Assembly: GCA_964527965.1 (NCBI GenBank)
Contig: CAZGPH010000006.1
Coordinates: 175 to 64,174, forward strand
DNA: 64,000 nt
Origin: an uncultured Marinoscillum sp.
GTDB lineage: Bacteria > Bacteroidota > Bacteroidia > Cytophagales > MED-G16
Direction of reading: 5' to 3'
Part shown: positions 45,496 through 53,378 of the stretch, piece by piece
Position numbering within the stretch: the stretch's first letter is position 1
Layout of the letters: each line of letters opens with the position of its first letter
The notes under the pieces: generated by a model
What the model was told of the DNA's origin: nothing
What the model saw: only the letters and a program-made list of their open reading frames with translations
Databases searched by the model: none
Program-made: the position numbers and the translations under genes

Positions 45496-48006
45496 ATGAG
45501 GTTTTTTATACTTATATTCCTTCTATTAAGCCATATATCTATATCTCAAGATAGATCACAGTGGAGTAGAGGATCAAGTTCAAGTTTTCAAATGCCTAAT
45601 ATGTTAGTAAAAGGTAAGCTAATTGATACTGATTCAAATGATGGTTTATCTTATGCAACTATATCTATAGTAACTGAAGATTCCATTCTTATATCAGGTG
45701 GTATTAGTGATGAAAACGGGAAATTTAAAATTGAAATAAATCCTCAAAAGATGATGCAAAAAATAAGAAGCGAAAGACAAAGCACAAATGTAGGTAGAGG
45801 TATTTTTGCAGAAATAACTTATGTTGGATATAAAACTAAAAGAATTAAGGTTCCATTCGACAGAGAAAATAGAGAAATAGATTTAAAAAATATTAGTCTT
45901 GAATCAGATGCTACAGCACTTAGCGAAGTTACTATAAGAGCCGAAAAAAGTAGTTTAGAATTAAAATTAGATAAACGTGTTTTTAATGTTGGTAAGGATT
46001 TAAGTAACAAAGGAGGAACTGCAGAAGAAATTTTAGAAAATATACCTTCAATTGATTTGGATATAGAAGGAAATGTTAGTTTAAGAGGATCTCAAAGTGT
46101 TAGAATTTTAATTGATGGAAAACCAGCTAGTATGATGGGTTTAGATGGCCCCAATGCTTTTAAACAATTACAAAGTAACGAAATAGATAAGGTTGAAATT
46201 ATCACAAATCCATCTTCTAGATATAGTGCAGAGGGTTCTTCTGGAATATTAAATATTATATTAAAAAAAGAAAGATTAAAAGGTCTTAATGGATCAATTA
46301 ATATTAATACAGGCTATCCTACTCAAAATGGGTTATCAACAAATTTCAATTACAGAAGAAGTAAATTCTCAGTATTTGGTTCCTTAAATGTAAGTCAAAG
46401 AGAAACAAAAGGAGGTGGTTTCACTAATTCTGACTTTTTCCTAACTGATACAACTTATTCCTCAAACATAGTAAGAGATAACCTAAGTAATAGTAAATCT
46501 TTTGGTGGTAGAGTTGGTTTCTCATATTTCCCCAATAAAAATAATATCTTTAATTTCTCTTTGGGTACAAGAATAAGTGATAGAGATGGAGATAATAAAA
46601 ACTTTTACAAAGATTACTCATCTAATGGTGATCTAATTGGAGATAGTGAAAGATATGAATTGTCAGATAGAGACAGTGAAAATTTTAACTACAATATTTC
46701 ATATACAAAAAATTTTAAAACTAGAGGACATAGCTTAAAACTTAATTATTCCTGGAGTGACAATTTATCAGATAATATAGGCAACTATAATGAGCCTCTC
46801 ATTAATCTGAATCAAAGAACCAATCAAAATAGTGAAAGGTATGATCAAAATATTAGAGTAGATTACATACATCCCTTTAATGAAAATAAAGGCAAGTTTG
46901 AAATAGGTTATAAGAGAGATTATGATAAGATGAAAAGTTCATATGTAGCTGAACAACTTTTTGATGAGAGATGGAGAAATATTCCCCCTTCAAATACTTA
47001 TGATTATTACCAAGATGTGAACGCATTTTATATCCAATTAGGAAATAAATCTGGAAAGATATCTTATCAGGCTGGATTAAGATATGAGGATACTGACTTT
47101 TTCGCTAACCTTATTGATACTGAGGAGACGACTAGTCTTAAGTATTCAAACTTTTTTCCATCAGCTTTCTTAACTTATGAATTTACTGATAAAAGCTCAG
47201 TTCAAGTTAGTTATAGTAAAAGATTGAGAAGACCTAGATTTTGGGATTTAAATCCATTCTATGGTCTAGGTGATAGTAGATTTAATTTTGTTGGTAATCC
47301 GTTCTTAGACCCTGAGCTAACAGACTCATACGAGATTGGATTTTTAAATGAATTTAAAAAAGGTAATTTCTATATTGGAACATATTATAGACATACTGAA
47401 GATGTTATTGAGAGAATATTTGATGTAAATGATAATGGATATTCTGTTTTTAAACCAGTAAATCTTGGATTTACTAATGCATATGGTATTGAAATAAATG
47501 GATCAATTGACTATAATAAATGGTTGAAAACAACTGGGTCCTTTAATTTCTTTCAATCTGAGACAGAAGGAAGTTATTCGAATCAAAACTTTTATGCCAA
47601 ATCATACAGTTGGAGAACTAGGTTGAGCAACAATATCAAAATGTTTGATAATAAACTAGAAGGTCAGTTAACATTTGACTATAGAGGTCCTTCTGAATCT
47701 GCGCAGGGAAAAAACCTTTCCTCATATGGGTTGGATTTCAGTTTATCCAAAGATGTATTTAAAAATAAAAAAGGAACTATTTCACTTACAGTTAGAGATT
47801 TAACAAAATCTAGAGTAAGAAGATATGAAAGAGGAGGGAAACCTGAAGATAATTACTTTACAGAAGGTGAATACTCTTGGAGAAGAACTCAAGAGTTTAG
47901 ATTATCTCTTCAATACAGAATAAATCAGAATAAGAGAAGAGGTGGACAAAGAGGTGGGTTTGATCAGTCAGACTTCCAAGGGGGAAGTGGTATTTTTGGT
48001 AATTAA
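45496..48006 (+). CDS. TonB-dependent receptor-like outer membrane beta-barrel protein with N-terminal carboxypeptidase-regulatory-like domain
   Basis: Signal peptide + Q, VKGKLID..YATISI, plug motifs (LENIPS.D.D.EGNVSLRG, VEIITNPSSRY.AEG..GI.NI), YQAGLRYE, GNPFLDPE. Confidence 0.88.
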   Translation: MRFFILIFLLLSHISISQDRSQWSRGSSSSFQMPNMLVKGKLIDTDSNDGLSYATISIVTEDSILISGGISDENGKFKIEINPQKMMQKIRSERQSTNVGRGIFAEITYVGYKTKRIKVPFDRENREIDLKNISLESDATALSEVTIRAEKSSLELKLDKRVFNVGKDLSNKGGTAEEILENIPSIDLDIEGNVSLRGSQSVRILIDGKPASMMGLDGPNAFKQLQSNEIDKVEIITNPSSRYSAEGSSGILNIILKKERLKGLNGSININTGYPTQNGLSTNFNYRRSKFSVFGSLNVSQRETKGGGFTNSDFFLTDTTYSSNIVRDNLSNSKSFGGRVGFSYFPNKNNIFNFSLGTRISDRDGDNKNFYKDYSSNGDLIGDSERYELSDRDSENFNYNISYTKNFKTRGHSLKLNYSWSDNLSDNIGNYNEPLINLNQRTNQNSERYDQNIRVDYIHPFNENKGKFEIGYKRDYDKMKSSYVAEQLFDERWRNIPPSNTYDYYQDVNAFYIQLGNKSGKISYQAGLRYEDTDFFANLIDTEETTSLKYSNFFPSAFLTYEFTDKSSVQVSYSKRLRRPRFWDLNPFYGLGDSRFNFVGNPFLDPELTDSYEIGFLNEFKKGNFYIGTYYRHTEDVIERIFDVNDNGYSVFKPVNLGFTNAYGIEINGSIDYNKWLKTTGSFNFFQSETEGSYSNQNFYAKSYSWRTRLSNNIKMFDNKLEGQLTFDYRGPSESAQGKNLSSYGLDFSLSKDVFKNKKGTISLTVRDLTKSRVRRYERGGKPEDNYFTEGEYSWRRTQEFRLSLQYRINQNKRRGGQRGGFDQSDFQGGSGIFGN

Positions 48007-48019
48007 ATACAAATAAAAT

Positions 48020-48046
48020 AACTTTATACGATAACAGTATAAAGTT
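48020..48046. repeat. Perfect inverted repeat AACTTTATAC-N7-GTATAAAGTT overlapping the TTG start at 48045
   Basis: Arms at 48020-48029 and 48037-48046, read directly. Confidence 0.85.
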
Positions 48047-48641
48047 GTATTTATCCAAGCTTCATAAATTTATTTTAAAAACATCTTTTAAGAACCTATC
48101 TAAAGAGAGTTTAGGTCTAGAGTCTGATGCCATTCATAAGTTTTTACCCAAAAAAAAAGAGAAAGAAAAAAAAATTGATATAATTAATACATCAATAGAT
48201 CAACTTCTAGAGATAAAAGAGAATTCTATATCTAATTATAAAAAAGTTCCCGTCATAAGACTAGGAAAAATCGAATTGGATTCTAATACACATGCTCATA
48301 TATATTTTTATGAACCTATTATACATTTTTTTGGAGTTAAACCAAAAGATAAATTTATAGATGAAAAGATGAGTATACCTTTTAATATTAGCGAGAGAAG
48401 GAAAAGGTTTGAAGTAAAAAAAAGAAAATATATACGAAAGAGTGGAAATCATAAAAGAGGAGTCATTAGAGGGGAATGTAAATTTTTAAAAAAATCTAAA
48501 GCATCATTAAGCAGGTCTATTTCTAGTTTATTATCAAAAAAGTTAATTAGAAAAATATCTATAGTAGACTTTAATAATAAAGAGATTGGAATAGGATATA
48601 ATCTTACAAAGAATGGAAAAGATATAATAAATGCATTATAA
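48045..48641 (+). CDS. Hypothetical basic protein with C-terminal winged-helix-like segment
   Basis: 198-aa open frame filling the gap. SKASLSRSISSLLSKKLIRKI...GYNLTKNGKDII resembles the MarR/PadR recognition helix plus wing. Confidence 0.65.
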   Translation: MYLSKLHKFILKTSFKNLSKESLGLESDAIHKFLPKKKEKEKKIDIINTSIDQLLEIKENSISNYKKVPVIRLGKIELDSNTHAHIYFYEPIIHFFGVKPKDKFIDEKMSIPFNISERRKRFEVKKRKYIRKSGNHKRGVIRGECKFLKKSKASLSRSISSLLSKKLIRKISIVDFNNKEIGIGYNLTKNGKDIINAL

Positions 48642-49686
48642 TATTAAAATAATACTTATTGTTTTTATACTATTTTCCTGTGATAATAAAGGAAATAAAA
48701 ATTATAATTCTCCAAGAATTGTATCTCAGTTAAAAATAACCTCACCATCTTATAATGAAGTTTTTAAAAAAGGTGACTCAATCAAAATTGAAGTCTCTTC
48801 AAATTCTAAGAAAAATAAACTTATAGAATCGATATTTTATTTAGGAAATGATTCCATAAAGTTTTTAAATACATTAAATATATCTTCCGATGAGTTAGTA
48901 AGATATGGAAGATATAACTTTTCTATAGTATCAAAATTTGAAGAAGGATCAACTGAAAAAATAAATAAATCATTTCTATTATATCCTCAAAATAAGCCCG
49001 ATGAAAAAAATTATACAATAATTAAAATATTACCACATGACCCAAATACTTATACTCAAGGTCTTCTTTTAGATCAAAAAGATTTTTTAGAGAGCTCTGG
49101 CCAATATGGAAAATCCTTTATCAGAAGAATTAATTCTAGAACTGGTAAAGTTATTAATGAAATAAAAATTGATAAAAATTTATTTGCAGAAGGCATAACA
49201 ACATATGACAATAAACTGTACATGCTATCATGGAAAAGTAATAAAGGATTAATTTTTAATAAAAATAATTTTGAAATAATTGGTGAAATAGAGTATAATA
49301 CTGAGGGATGGGGCTTAACAACCTATGAAGATAATCTAGTAATGAGTGACGGATCTGAAAAGTTATATTTTAGAGACCCTATTACTTTTAAAACGCAAAA
49401 AATAATAGAAGTATATGATAATAATGGTAAAGTTGAAAATATAAATGAATTAGAATCAATTAACGGTAAAATTTACTGTAACATCTACGGGAAAGATATT
49501 ATATTAATAATTAATCCAGATACAGGTTTAGTAGAGAGCAGAATTAATCTAAATAATTTATTTAAAAGAGAAAACTATAATGATAAAGTTGACGTCTTAA
49601 ATGGAATAGCTTATAATATAGATAATAATTCTATTATTGTAACTGGAAAATGGTGGCCAAGCATGTATGAATTAAAAATAAATTAA
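48631..49686 (+). CDS. Glutaminyl-peptide cyclotransferase (type II, beta-propeller) lipoprotein
   Basis: Lipobox FSC, YTQGL, ESSGQYGKS, FAEGI, EGWGLT, SDGS, INELE, VLNGIAY, TGKWW. Confidence 0.93.
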   Translation: MHYNIKIILIVFILFSCDNKGNKNYNSPRIVSQLKITSPSYNEVFKKGDSIKIEVSSNSKKNKLIESIFYLGNDSIKFLNTLNISSDELVRYGRYNFSIVSKFEEGSTEKINKSFLLYPQNKPDEKNYTIIKILPHDPNTYTQGLLLDQKDFLESSGQYGKSFIRRINSRTGKVINEIKIDKNLFAEGITTYDNKLYMLSWKSNKGLIFNKNNFEIIGEIEYNTEGWGLTTYEDNLVMSDGSEKLYFRDPITFKTQKIIEVYDNNGKVENINELESINGKIYCNIYGKDIILIINPDTGLVESRINLNNLFKRENYNDKVDVLNGIAYNIDNNSIIVTGKWWPSMYELKIN

Positions 49687-49687
49687 A

Positions 49688-49987
49688 ATGGAATTAAAGG
49701 AAATAACAGAAAAAATAAAAAATATGTCAGAAAAGAATTCTGGTAAAATAGAATCTAAATTTAAATTCGTCTTAGATGATGGATGTATTTATATTGATGA
49801 TACAGTAAGTCCACCTAATATAAGCAATGATAATATTGAGGCAGATTGTACAATAACAATAAATAATGAAAATTTCAAAAAGTTATTAGATAAAGAAATT
49901 GATTCAATGCAGGCTTTTATGACTGGAAAAATGAAGATAGATGGGGAGATGACAGTAGCTATGAAGTTATCATCTATATTTGGTTAA
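49688..49987 (+). CDS. SCP2 sterol/lipid-binding domain protein
   Basis: ADCTI, MQAFMTGKMKIDGEM..AMKL. Confidence 0.92.
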   Translation: MELKEITEKIKNMSEKNSGKIESKFKFVLDDGCIYIDDTVSPPNISNDNIEADCTITINNENFKKLLDKEIDSMQAFMTGKMKIDGEMTVAMKLSSIFG

Positions 49988-49998
49988 ATAAAAAAAAG

Positions 49999-50084
49999 TG
50001 CGCATGAGAAGAGTCGAACTTCCACGACTAAATCTAGTCACTAGGCCCTCAACCTAGCGCGTCTACCAATTCCGCCACATGCGC
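49999..50084 (-). tRNA. tRNA-Leu(GAG)
   Basis: Reverse complement GCGCATGTGGCGGAATTGGTAGACGCGCTAGGTTGAGGGCCTAGTGACTAGATTTAGTCGTGGAAGTTCGACTCTTCTCATGCGCA: anticodon stem CTAGG/CCTAG, loop TT-GAG-GG, long variable arm; CCA not encoded. Confidence 0.96.
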
Positions 50085-50094
50085 AAAATAAAAA

Positions 50095-50793
50095 TTATTG
50101 TTTTCTTTTTGTCCAGATTTCATATTTAGGATCCCCTTTCGAGCTAAATCCTTTATGATGCCAATCCCCTTCTTTTATTTCATAATCAAACTCTAAAGAC
50201 TTACCAACTGTATTAGAATCTCTAGAGAAAAATTCAATATTTTCAATATATTTTCCGTCTACAGCGGTAAATGTACCACCACCTGTACCATAAAAGCCTT
50301 TCTTTGAAGTATCATAGGCAATCCACTGAAACCTTCCTCCTGCAAGCATTTTCAAGGTCTTTCTTGGCCTAGTCACATCTCTCATTCTCATCTCTCCTCT
50401 CCTCTCAATACCACTCATCAACCACGCCCCACTAAGATTATCTTTATTAGGGTATTTATTAAATTTTATCCCATCAATTATCATCTTACCTGAATCATTT
50501 TTGATATTAACTTTTACATTAGAATAATAAACAGTGTCTCCTACTGAAGTTGAATCAGATGAATTAAATTCTAATATTTCATAATATCCATTATCCCAAG
50601 AATATCTCCCTCCTTTTGTACTTATAAAAGTTTTATTATTTGAATCATACTTTGATACTACAAAAAACTTATCAGAATAAATTTTAACTTCTATAACTCC
50701 ATTAATATCTCTGTACCAAGATGAGTTTTCAATACCATTAGAAAGACTAGAGGTATTTAATATTAAAACAAATAAAATATTAAACATTGTCAT
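50095..50793 (-). CDS. Secreted protein with two tandem lipocalin-like (DUF4488-like) domains
   Basis: Signal peptide; internal duplication F..T.GG.(Y/F)...Y.E..EF.S.DS..VG occurs twice. Confidence 0.75.
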   Translation of the reverse strand: MTMFNILFVLILNTSSLSNGIENSSWYRDINGVIEVKIYSDKFFVVSKYDSNNKTFISTKGGRYSWDNGYYEILEFNSSDSTSVGDTVYYSNVKVNIKNDSGKMIIDGIKFNKYPNKDNLSGAWLMSGIERRGEMRMRDVTRPRKTLKMLAGGRFQWIAYDTSKKGFYGTGGGTFTAVDGKYIENIEFFSRDSNTVGKSLEFDYEIKEGDWHHKGFSSKGDPKYEIWTKRKQ

Positions 50794-51910
50794 TTAACAT
50801 TACTGGCATTACTAACATGGTTATTTCTTCATTTTCACCAACATTATCTGGAATAATTAAACCAGCTTTATTTGGTTCTGAGAGTTTTAATATAACCTTA
50901 TCAGAATCTACATTTGAAAGTAATTCAATCAGAAATTTGGCATTAAATCCTATTTCAATATCTTCCCCATCATGTTCACATGAAATTCTTTCGTTAGCTT
51001 CATTTGAAAAATCCAGGTCTTCTGCAGACATTAAAATTTCTGAACCAGTAATTTTAAGTCTAACCTGATTTGTAGTTTTATTTGCATAAATAGAAATCCT
51101 CTTGAGAGAGCCCAATATTTCTGATTTACTAAGAGTAACTAAATTTGTATTATCACTAGGTATAACATTATCATAATCAGGGTATCTCTCATCAATAAGT
51201 CTACAAACCATTTGTACACTTTCAAATGAAAAATATGCATTAGATGCATTAAATTCTAGTTTAACTTCTGAAGATTTATCTGAAGGTAAAATAGACCTAA
51301 GAAGATTTAACGATTTTCTGGGTAAAATCATATCATGATCAACCTCATCTCCCTTAATATCACTTCTAATATATTTGACTAATCTATGACCATCAGTAGA
51401 TACATATGTACAATTATTTTCAGATAATCTAAAAAACACACCCGTCATAGCTGGTCTTAATTCATCAGTACTAGTTGAGAAAATAGTATTAGAGATAGCA
51501 GAATTTAGTACTTCAGTATTTATAATTGTGCTATACCCATCAGATACTTCTGGTACCTTAGGGAAATCAGCTGAATTTTCACCTGCAAGTTTATATCTAC
51601 CGTTATCTGAATTTATTTCTATATTATAGTTTTCATCATCAATTGAAAATGTTACTGGTTGCTCAGGTAGATTTTTTAAAGTCTCAATCAAAATTTTAGC
51701 AGGTATTGCAACACTTCCATCTTCTTTTGACTCAACTTGAAGTTCTACCATTACAGATGTTTGCAAATCAGAAGCAGTTATAAGTAGATTACCGCTTTCA
51801 ATTTCAAATAAAACATTTTCTAAAATTGGGACAACAGGATTTGAGGTTATAACACCACCAATAGCATTAAGATTTTTAAGTAGATAGGAAGATGAGACAA
51901 TAAAATTCAT
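50780..51910 (-). CDS. dnaN: DNA polymerase III beta sliding clamp
   Basis: PILENVLF, ASDLQ, DELRPAMTGVF, STDGHRLV, YPDYDNVIP, IGFNAKFL, LVMPV. Confidence 0.98.
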   Translation of the reverse strand: MNFIVSSSYLLKNLNAIGGVITSNPVVPILENVLFEIESGNLLITASDLQTSVMVELQVESKEDGSVAIPAKILIETLKNLPEQPVTFSIDDENYNIEINSDNGRYKLAGENSADFPKVPEVSDGYSTIINTEVLNSAISNTIFSTSTDELRPAMTGVFFRLSENNCTYVSTDGHRLVKYIRSDIKGDEVDHDMILPRKSLNLLRSILPSDKSSEVKLEFNASNAYFSFESVQMVCRLIDERYPDYDNVIPSDNTNLVTLSKSEILGSLKRISIYANKTTNQVRLKITGSEILMSAEDLDFSNEANERISCEHDGEDIEIGFNAKFLIELLSNVDSDKVILKLSEPNKAGLIIPDNVGENEEITMLVMPVMLNDNV

Positions 51911-51950
51911 ACTAATAAAATTTTTGTGAGAGTAAATTTATAAATAAATA

Positions 51951-53372
51951 TCAATCTTCCTCATTAAAATCAAGAGTTTTAGCTCTGCCATCAGAGTCAG
52001 TATCATCATCAAGATTTATGTTTTTTCTTTTATATGCTGGTATAGCTAATTTCTGCTCAACAGAATCATCACCATAAATTTGGTTATTATGATTGTTAAT
52101 TCTTTTTTTTCTTTTTGTGACATACTCATTTTTTTTATTTGAAGAATCATAACTCTCAAGCGTATCAGTGTTATCTAATTCTTCAATTATTACCTCTTCT
52201 GTTTTATCATTTGTTTTAATCTTTTCATTAAGATTATCAAAATTATCTTCATATTCCTCATAATCATCTTCAATATTATGAATAACTTCCTCTTGAATTT
52301 CCTGTTCTCTCTTTTCAAACTCAATAGTACTATCTTCAAATAAATTAGTTTGTGATTTTTTTTCAGAAGAAATAAAATCTATATCATCTTTTTTATTTTC
52401 TTTTATATTAAATCCCGTTGCAATAATTGTGACTCTTACCTTATCATCTAATTCACCATCTATTGCCGTACCAAATATTATTTCAACATTTTCAGATGAT
52501 GATTCATTTACTAATTTAGTTATCGTATTTAACTCAATAGTTGAAAGTTCATTATCTCCTCCTCCTGATACGATATTTAATAATATTCTCTGTGCGCCTT
52601 CAATATCTCTATCATTCAATAAAGGAGAATTTATTGCATTTTCTATAGCTTCTTTAGCTCTACTTTCCCCTGAAGCTTCTGCAGAACCAAGTACAGAAGT
52701 TCCTGCGTCTTTCATAACTGTTTTAACATCCTCAAAATCAACATTGATCTGTCCAGGAACTGTTACAATCTCTGCTATGCATTTTGCACTTGTTGCTATA
52801 ATATCATCAGCCTTCTCAAATGCCTTTGATTGGCTAAGATCACCATAAATCTCGATCAATCTCTGGTTTAAAATTGTAATTACACTATCACAACCTTTCT
52901 TTAATTCTTCAACACCAATTAATGCCTTTTCCATTTTTGCTTTACCTTCAAATTCAAAAGGTAATGTAACAATACCAACGGTTAAAATATCTAATTCATT
53001 TGCAATTTGAGCAATAATAGGAGCTGCACCAGTACCAGTTCCTCCACCCATACCTGCAGTTATAAATAACATTCTAGTACCATCATTTCTAAGAAGTTCT
53101 CTTATCTCATGACTACTTTCAAGAGCAGCCTCCCTACCCTTACTTGGATTTGCTCCAGCTCCTAAACCCTTAGTTAGTTCCATTCCAATTTGAAGTTGAT
53201 TATTGACACTAGAAGAATATAAAGCCTGAATATCAGTATTACATATAATAAATTCAACATTTCTAATTCCAATTGAATTCATATAATTAACAGCATTACT
53301 ACCACCTCCACCTACACCAATAACCTTAATTATTGATTTGTGATGGGAAGGTAAGTCAAATTCAAACGGCAT
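51951..53372 (-). CDS. ftsZ: Cell division protein FtsZ
   Basis: GVGGGGSNAV, GLGAGANP, GMGGGTGTGAAP, NVDFEDV, SPLL, IIATGF; long acidic linker. Confidence 0.98.
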   Translation of the reverse strand: MPFEFDLPSHHKSIIKVIGVGGGGSNAVNYMNSIGIRNVEFIICNTDIQALYSSSVNNQLQIGMELTKGLGAGANPSKGREAALESSHEIRELLRNDGTRMLFITAGMGGGTGTGAAPIIAQIANELDILTVGIVTLPFEFEGKAKMEKALIGVEELKKGCDSVITILNQRLIEIYGDLSQSKAFEKADDIIATSAKCIAEIVTVPGQINVDFEDVKTVMKDAGTSVLGSAEASGESRAKEAIENAINSPLLNDRDIEGAQRILLNIVSGGGDNELSTIELNTITKLVNESSSENVEIIFGTAIDGELDDKVRVTIIATGFNIKENKKDDIDFISSEKKSQTNLFEDSTIEFEKREQEIQEEVIHNIEDDYEEYEDNFDNLNEKIKTNDKTEEVIIEELDNTDTLESYDSSNKKNEYVTKRKKRINNHNNQIYGDDSVEQKLAIPAYKRKNINLDDDTDSDGRAKTLDFNEED

Positions 53373-53378
53373 AATTAA

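Noticed and set aside
47930-48006. RGG-rich tail on the outer-membrane receptor as an RNA-binding motif
   Set aside because: The protein is exported, and Gly/Arg-rich tails after the last strand are, by recollection, common in this barrel family.
48150-48174. A9 tracts as phase-variation or frameshift sites (also in merR near 15462)
   Set aside because: Such runs are expected in Lys-rich codons of an AT-rich genome, and the frames are intact.
52730-52760. FtsZ T7 loop NVDFED instead of NVDFAD as a defect
   Set aside because: The catalytic N, D and D are present, and DFED is, by recollection, the normal Cytophagales variant.
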